Of a DNA stretch of 42,799 nt, positions 38,507-42,799 are shown piece by piece (within the stretch, counting starts at the first letter, position 1; each line of letters starts with the position of its first letter). Both the position numbers and the translations under genes were made by a program. The stretch is from Caulobacteraceae bacterium (GTDB lineage: Bacteria; Pseudomonadota; Alphaproteobacteria; Caulobacterales; Caulobacteraceae), in NCBI GenBank assembly GCA_043742805.1, contig JAYTXV010000460.1:1-42799 (forward strand), in the 5' to 3' direction. Below the pieces are notes generated by a model. It did no database searches. It saw nothing but the letters and a program-made list of their open reading frames with translations, and was not told where the DNA came from.

Positions 38507-38549
38507 AAACCCGCTCATCCCCGCGAAAACGGGGATGAGCGGGTTTTTA
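38507..38549. terminator. Long perfect hairpin, likely terminator/REP-like element
   Basis: 17-bp stem AAACCCGCTCATCCCCG / CGGGGATGAGCGGGTTT with loop CGAAAA, just downstream of the ABC gene stop at 38555. Confidence 0.75.
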
Positions 38550-38554
38550 GTGGA

Positions 38555-40399
38555 TTAAGTTGTCTGCGACTTGGCGTCCGCGACATCGTCGAACGAGCCG
38601 TGACTGGAAGCGTAGAGCCTCGCATAGAGGCCGGCGTTGGCCATCAGGGCCTCGTGCGGCCCCTGTTCGACGATCCGACCGTCACGCAGCACAATAATCT
38701 GGTCGGCGTCGCGCACCGTGGCCAATCGATGGGCGATAACCAGACAGGTGCGGCCGGCGAACAATACGCGTAGCGCCCGCTGGATCGCCTGTTCGGTGAA
38801 GCTGTCGATATTGGCCGTCGCCTCGTCGAGGATCAGGATTCTCGGGTTGGCCACCAGCGTCCTGGCAAACGAGATAAGCTGGCGCTGGCCTACCGAAAGG
38901 TTGCGGCCTCGCTGGCCCAGCTGCGTGTCGTAGCCGCCCGGCAGACGCATGATGAACTCGTGGGCCGACACCGCCCTGGCGGCCGACACCACATCCTCGC
39001 GGCTGGCCAACAGCGTATTGTAGCGGATGTTCTCCCCGATCGTGCCGGAGAACAGGAACGGTTCCTGCAGCACCATGCCGACCATCCGCCCCAGCGATTC
39101 CAGGCTGACATCCCGAATATCCTGGCCACCGACCAGAATCCGACCGGCGTTGGTGTCATAGAACCGGTTGACGAGGGCGGTGATGCTGGTCTTGCCCGAA
39201 CCCGTGGGGCCGACCAGGGCCACCACCTGCCTGGGTTCCACCTTCAGGCTGATATCGTGCAGGACAGGCCGGCCCGGGGCGTAGCCGAAGGTGACGTGGT
39301 CGAGTTCGACGGTCGGCGGCGCGTCCTTCAGCACGATCGCGTCCGGCTTGTCGGCGATGGTCACGGGCACGTCGAGCACCTCGAAGATCCGGTGTCCGGC
39401 CGCCATGGCCCGCTGCATCACCGTATATTGCATCGACAGCAGGCGCACCGGTTCGAAGAACCGCTGGACCGAAAGGATGAAGGTCACCAGCACCCCGACG
39501 GCGAGTGATCCGCCCAGAACTTCGTTGCCGCCGACCACGATGATGCAGGCCATGGCGACGCCGGTGAGAATATCGACGGTCGGCGTCATTACCTGGGCCA
39601 GCCAGGACGACGCGGTCTGGGCGTGGAAATTCTCCCGGGCCTTTTCCTCATAGAGAGCGAAGTTCAGTGCCTCGCGCCGGGTTTCCTGGACGGTGCGCAC
39701 GCCGTTGATGTTCTCGGCCAGGGCTCCGTTGGCGATCGACGAGGCGTCCCGCGCCCGGCGAAAGGTGGCCTTGGAATAGGGCAGCCAAACCGCCCGCACC
39801 GCGATCAGGGCGGGAATCGTGGCCAGGGTCAAGGCGCCCAGGCGCCAGTCCATCCACAGCAGGATTACCGCATAGCCGAACAGGGTGGTGAAATCACCCA
39901 GCGCCCCGGTGGAGCTTTCGAGGAATTCCTGCAGCGCGTTCACGTCACCCTGCAGACGGCTCATGATCCGGCCCACATGGGTCTTGTCCATGAAGGTCAG
40001 GGCCACGTCCTGGAAGTGGGCGAACATCGCCCGGCGCACGTCGAAGATCACCCGCTGTGCCAGGCGCGAGGTCAGCCACTGGTCGCAGAAATTGGAGGCG
40101 GCGTTGACCACCACCAACATGGCGAACACCGTCAGAAGGGTGCGAAGGCCGGGCAGATCCCGCGCCACCGCCGCGTTGAGGATGGTCCCGATCATCCAGG
40201 GCGTGGCGACACTGGTCAGGGATGAGACCAACACCGCCGCTTGCGCGCCGATCAGGATGGCCCGGTGAGGTTCGAGAAACGCCAGAAACCGCCGGACGAT
40301 CCGGGTGTCGAATGACGCGAAGATTTCTTCCTCGTCCGGCGTGCCCAGATTGGCGTTCGGCCGGGGGGCCGCCGCATTATCTGCGATGGTATCGGTCAC
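38555..40399 (-). CDS. ABC exporter, fused TMD-NBD half-transporter (consensus Walker B)
   Basis: GTGA overlap with the upstream gene. TM domain, GPTGSGKT, LSVGQRQ, LILDEAT, IAHRL. Confidence 0.93.
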   Translation of the reverse strand: MTDTIADNAAAPRPNANLGTPDEEEIFASFDTRIVRRFLAFLEPHRAILIGAQAAVLVSSLTSVATPWMIGTILNAAVARDLPGLRTLLTVFAMLVVVNAASNFCDQWLTSRLAQRVIFDVRRAMFAHFQDVALTFMDKTHVGRIMSRLQGDVNALQEFLESSTGALGDFTTLFGYAVILLWMDWRLGALTLATIPALIAVRAVWLPYSKATFRRARDASSIANGALAENINGVRTVQETRREALNFALYEEKARENFHAQTASSWLAQVMTPTVDILTGVAMACIIVVGGNEVLGGSLAVGVLVTFILSVQRFFEPVRLLSMQYTVMQRAMAAGHRIFEVLDVPVTIADKPDAIVLKDAPPTVELDHVTFGYAPGRPVLHDISLKVEPRQVVALVGPTGSGKTSITALVNRFYDTNAGRILVGGQDIRDVSLESLGRMVGMVLQEPFLFSGTIGENIRYNTLLASREDVVSAARAVSAHEFIMRLPGGYDTQLGQRGRNLSVGQRQLISFARTLVANPRILILDEATANIDSFTEQAIQRALRVLFAGRTCLVIAHRLATVRDADQIIVLRDGRIVEQGPHEALMANAGLYARLYASSHGSFDDVADAKSQTT

Positions 40400-42306
40400 G
40401 CAGCGGCCTCCGCCAGTTTGCGGCGCAGCCGGGCGTCGGCGATGGAGAGGCCTTGTTCGGCGCGGGTTTGAAGGGCGAACAGGTCGGCGTATTCGCCGCC
40501 CAGCCCGATCAGCTCGGCGTGGGTTCCACGTTCGACGATCCGGCCGGCCTCGAGCACGATGATCTGATCGGCGTGCATCAGGCTGGAGAGCCGATGAGCA
40601 ATGATGATCGTCGCCTTGGACGCGGTGGCTTGCGCCAGGGCGTCGCGCACCTTCTTCTCGGTCACCGCGTCGATGGCGGCTGTGGAGTCGTCGAAGATCA
40701 TCACCCCGGGACCCGGAACCACACCCCTGGCGATCGACATCCGCTGACGCTGGCCGCCCGACAGCGCCACGCCGCGTTCGCCCACCCGTGTTTCGTAGGC
40801 GCCGGGCAGGGCGGCCACATAGTCGTGAATCTGGGCGACGCTGGCGGCGCGCACGATCCGGTCCTCCTCGGCCCACGGGTCGGCGTAGGCGACGTTGTTG
40901 GTCACCGTGGCGTCGAACAGGAACGCCTCCTGCTGAACCAGGCCCACGTGGTTGCGCAGGGAGGCCAGGGTCACGTCGCGCAAATCCTGGCCGTCGATAG
41001 TGACCCGACCGGCGGTCACGTCGTAAAAACGGGGGACCAGATTGGCGATGGTGGACTTGCCCGATCCCGGCGGCCCGACGACGCCGAGGCTGCGGCCGGG
41101 CGTCACCTCGAAGCTGATGTCATGCAGCACGGGCGCGCCGGGGTCGTAGGCGAAGTCCACATGCTCGAAGCGCAGCACGCCTTCGGTGACGATCAGGTCG
41201 CGGGCGGCCGGTTTGTCGGCCACCGTGGGCTCCAGGTCGAGAATCTCGAACAGGCGCGATCCCGAGGTGGTGGCCCGGGCTGCGGCCGCGACGATCATGG
41301 CGATCTGTCGGATCGGCGACTGCAGCAGGGTCATGTAAGTCAGGAACTCGGTCAGCCGTCCGGCGGTCATCCGGCCCGCGGCCACCTGTCCGCCGCCGTA
41401 CCAAAGCAACAGGCCCATCGAGCCATAGAAACTCAAGGTCATCACCGACACGGCCTGGAAGCGCAGGAAGATGCGCCGATAGGAATAGGCCAGGGCGGCG
41501 TTGGCCGCGTCGTCGAACTTGGCCAGCTCGAAGCTCTTGGCGGCGAACGACCTCACAACCCTGATCCCTTGAAGGTTCTCCTCCATGGTCAGGGTCAGGA
41601 TGCTCATCAGGCGCTGAACGTGCAGCCAGGTGACCCGCAGCATGAACCCCATGCGCGCCAGCACCACGCTGGCCAGGGGCGTGAAGGCCAGACCCAGCGC
41701 CGCCATTGCCGGATCGGTGGCGATCATCTGGCTGGCTGCGATGCCGACCAGCAGGATCATGGTCAGAGCGACCAGCAGGCCATTCTGAATGAACGACCGC
41801 GCGCCCTCCAGATCGAGCATCCCCCGGGTGATCAGATCGCCCGAATGGATTTTGTCGTGAAAGCCGAACGATAGCCGCTGGAGCTGGCGGAAGAAATCGA
41901 GCCGATACCTATAGGCGACCTTCTGGCTGACGTATTCAGCCTGATAGTTGGCGGTCATGGTCAGGAACCCGCGCGTGGCGGTGGCAAGGATCACCAGCGC
42001 CGCGGTGATCAGCAGGGCTTGGCGCGCCTCATGGGCGGCGAGGGCCTGGGCCGAGCCATGGACGAGGCCGGCGATGCCGAGCAGCTTCTGGGCTTCGTTG
42101 ACTGCGCCGCCGAACAGCCTGGGCAGGCTGAGGCTGGCCAACGCCGCGCCCAGCGAGGCGCCCACGGCCACCGCGACACGAGCCCGCTCAAGCTTCACCG
42201 CCTCGCCGGCGATGCGCCGAAGTATGCGCGGCATGGCCGCGACGTTGATGGCCTTGGGATCTGGCGCGATGGGCGCGCGAACGCCGTCGCCGGGTGGCGG
42301 GGGCAT
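40396..42306 (-). CDS. ABC exporter, fused TMD-NBD half-transporter (degenerate Walker B); start uncertain
   Basis: TM domain, GPPGSGKS, LSGGQRQR, IFDDST, IAHRL. Confidence 0.9.
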   Translation of the reverse strand: MPPPPGDGVRAPIAPDPKAINVAAMPRILRRIAGEAVKLERARVAVAVGASLGAALASLSLPRLFGGAVNEAQKLLGIAGLVHGSAQALAAHEARQALLITAALVILATATRGFLTMTANYQAEYVSQKVAYRYRLDFFRQLQRLSFGFHDKIHSGDLITRGMLDLEGARSFIQNGLLVALTMILLVGIAASQMIATDPAMAALGLAFTPLASVVLARMGFMLRVTWLHVQRLMSILTLTMEENLQGIRVVRSFAAKSFELAKFDDAANAALAYSYRRIFLRFQAVSVMTLSFYGSMGLLLWYGGGQVAAGRMTAGRLTEFLTYMTLLQSPIRQIAMIVAAAARATTSGSRLFEILDLEPTVADKPAARDLIVTEGVLRFEHVDFAYDPGAPVLHDISFEVTPGRSLGVVGPPGSGKSTIANLVPRFYDVTAGRVTIDGQDLRDVTLASLRNHVGLVQQEAFLFDATVTNNVAYADPWAEEDRIVRAASVAQIHDYVAALPGAYETRVGERGVALSGGQRQRMSIARGVVPGPGVMIFDDSTAAIDAVTEKKVRDALAQATASKATIIIAHRLSSLMHADQIIVLEAGRIVERGTHAELIGLGGEYADLFALQTRAEQGLSIADARLRRKLAEAAA

Positions 42307-42489
42307 GAGTCTTGAATCCGCGAGGCTTGAAAGGCGATATTGAACGCCTGCGGCCTTGATGGCTAGGCCGTTCGCCCCCTTCGGTAGGTTCCATTTGAGG
42401 GAATACGGCCTGGAAAATCGCCAGTTTATGACATTGACGCCACCACGATCGGTCTGGCGGGCTGAGGTTGCAGCTACTGCACGCTGGGC

Positions 42490-42687
42490 CTGGTCGCCGG
42501 CCCGGCCTTCAGCGCCGCCGACGTGTATTTCGGCTCGCAGATCGGCTGGGGAATGCAGTTCGGATCGATGGAGAAACGCCCGGCCTTCGAAGTCTATTGG
42601 GCGCGCATCAGCAACCGTCCGGCCGCGATCCGCGCCCGTGAGATCGATGACGCCCCGATCCCGGCGCAGGCGGCCCCGGCCGGCTGA
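42490..42687 (+). pseudogene. C-terminal remnant of a glutathione S-transferase
   Basis: LVAGPAFSAADVYFGSQIGWGMQFGSMEKRPAFEVYWARISNRPAAIRAREIDDA...* contains the GST N-capping box (S/T)xAD. In-frame stop at 42463 and no N-terminal thioredoxin-fold part. Confidence 0.8.
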
Positions 42688-42799
42688 CTCATTACCCGCG
42701 CCAAATGCCCGCCCGACCACGGAGAAATTCGAGACCGACGTCGTTTCAGCCGGTGACGGGCAAACCGTGAAAGGCGCGCACGAGGGGTAGCATGACCTG

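Noticed and set aside
42307-42790. Long N-terminal extension of the ABC gene (to 42720) and the plus-strand ORF 42356..42790
   Set aside because: Both overlap the GST remnant in other frames and look like shadows.
1-42799. CRISPR array, tRNA/rRNA, prophage or defence-system genes
   Set aside because: No regularly spaced repeats, cloverleaf-like sequences, or phage, nuclease or cas motifs were recognised by eye. A covariance-model scan was not run.

Overview
High-GC alphaproteobacterial chromosome segment. Gene content and order (CoxIV-like gene-pntAA-pntAB-pntB, rpsU/COQ9, purE-purK, mmsA valine-catabolism cluster, lemA-TPM-TPM) point to Caulobacteraceae (Phenylobacterium/Caulobacter-like). 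Most of the window is housekeeping or lipid/acyl-CoA catabolism. There are two accessory-looking blocks. The first (1-5.6 kb) holds a TonB-dependent receptor, a TetR regulator, two NADP-dependent alkenal-reductase paralogues and IS debris. The second (26.6-31.4 kb) holds a GT2 glycosyltransferase facing a compact four-gene operon: NodU/CmcH-type O-carbamoyltransferase, a 130-aa unknown, a 181-aa unknown and an SGNH protein. The best candidate for an undescribed system is this operon. The 130-aa protein ends in L-C-Y-T-M-F-stop, which matches the C-terminal (F/L)-x-Y-x-x-F tyrosine acyl-shuttle motif of DltX/PatA/AlgI and SxtK. None of the four proteins shows a signal peptide or TM helix, suggesting a soluble carbamoyltransferase -> Tyr-shuttle -> SGNH carbamoyl relay (inference). 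The intergenic regions also hide at least five or six gene scars (IS91-like, SDR, IS6, M20 peptidase, LLM monooxygenase, GST), a kinase-small protein-ACAD (LvaABC/ACAD11-like) cassette and a roughly 30% GC stretch at about 36 kb. No rRNA, tRNA or CRISPR array was seen. All family assignments are by motif recognition only; no searches were run.
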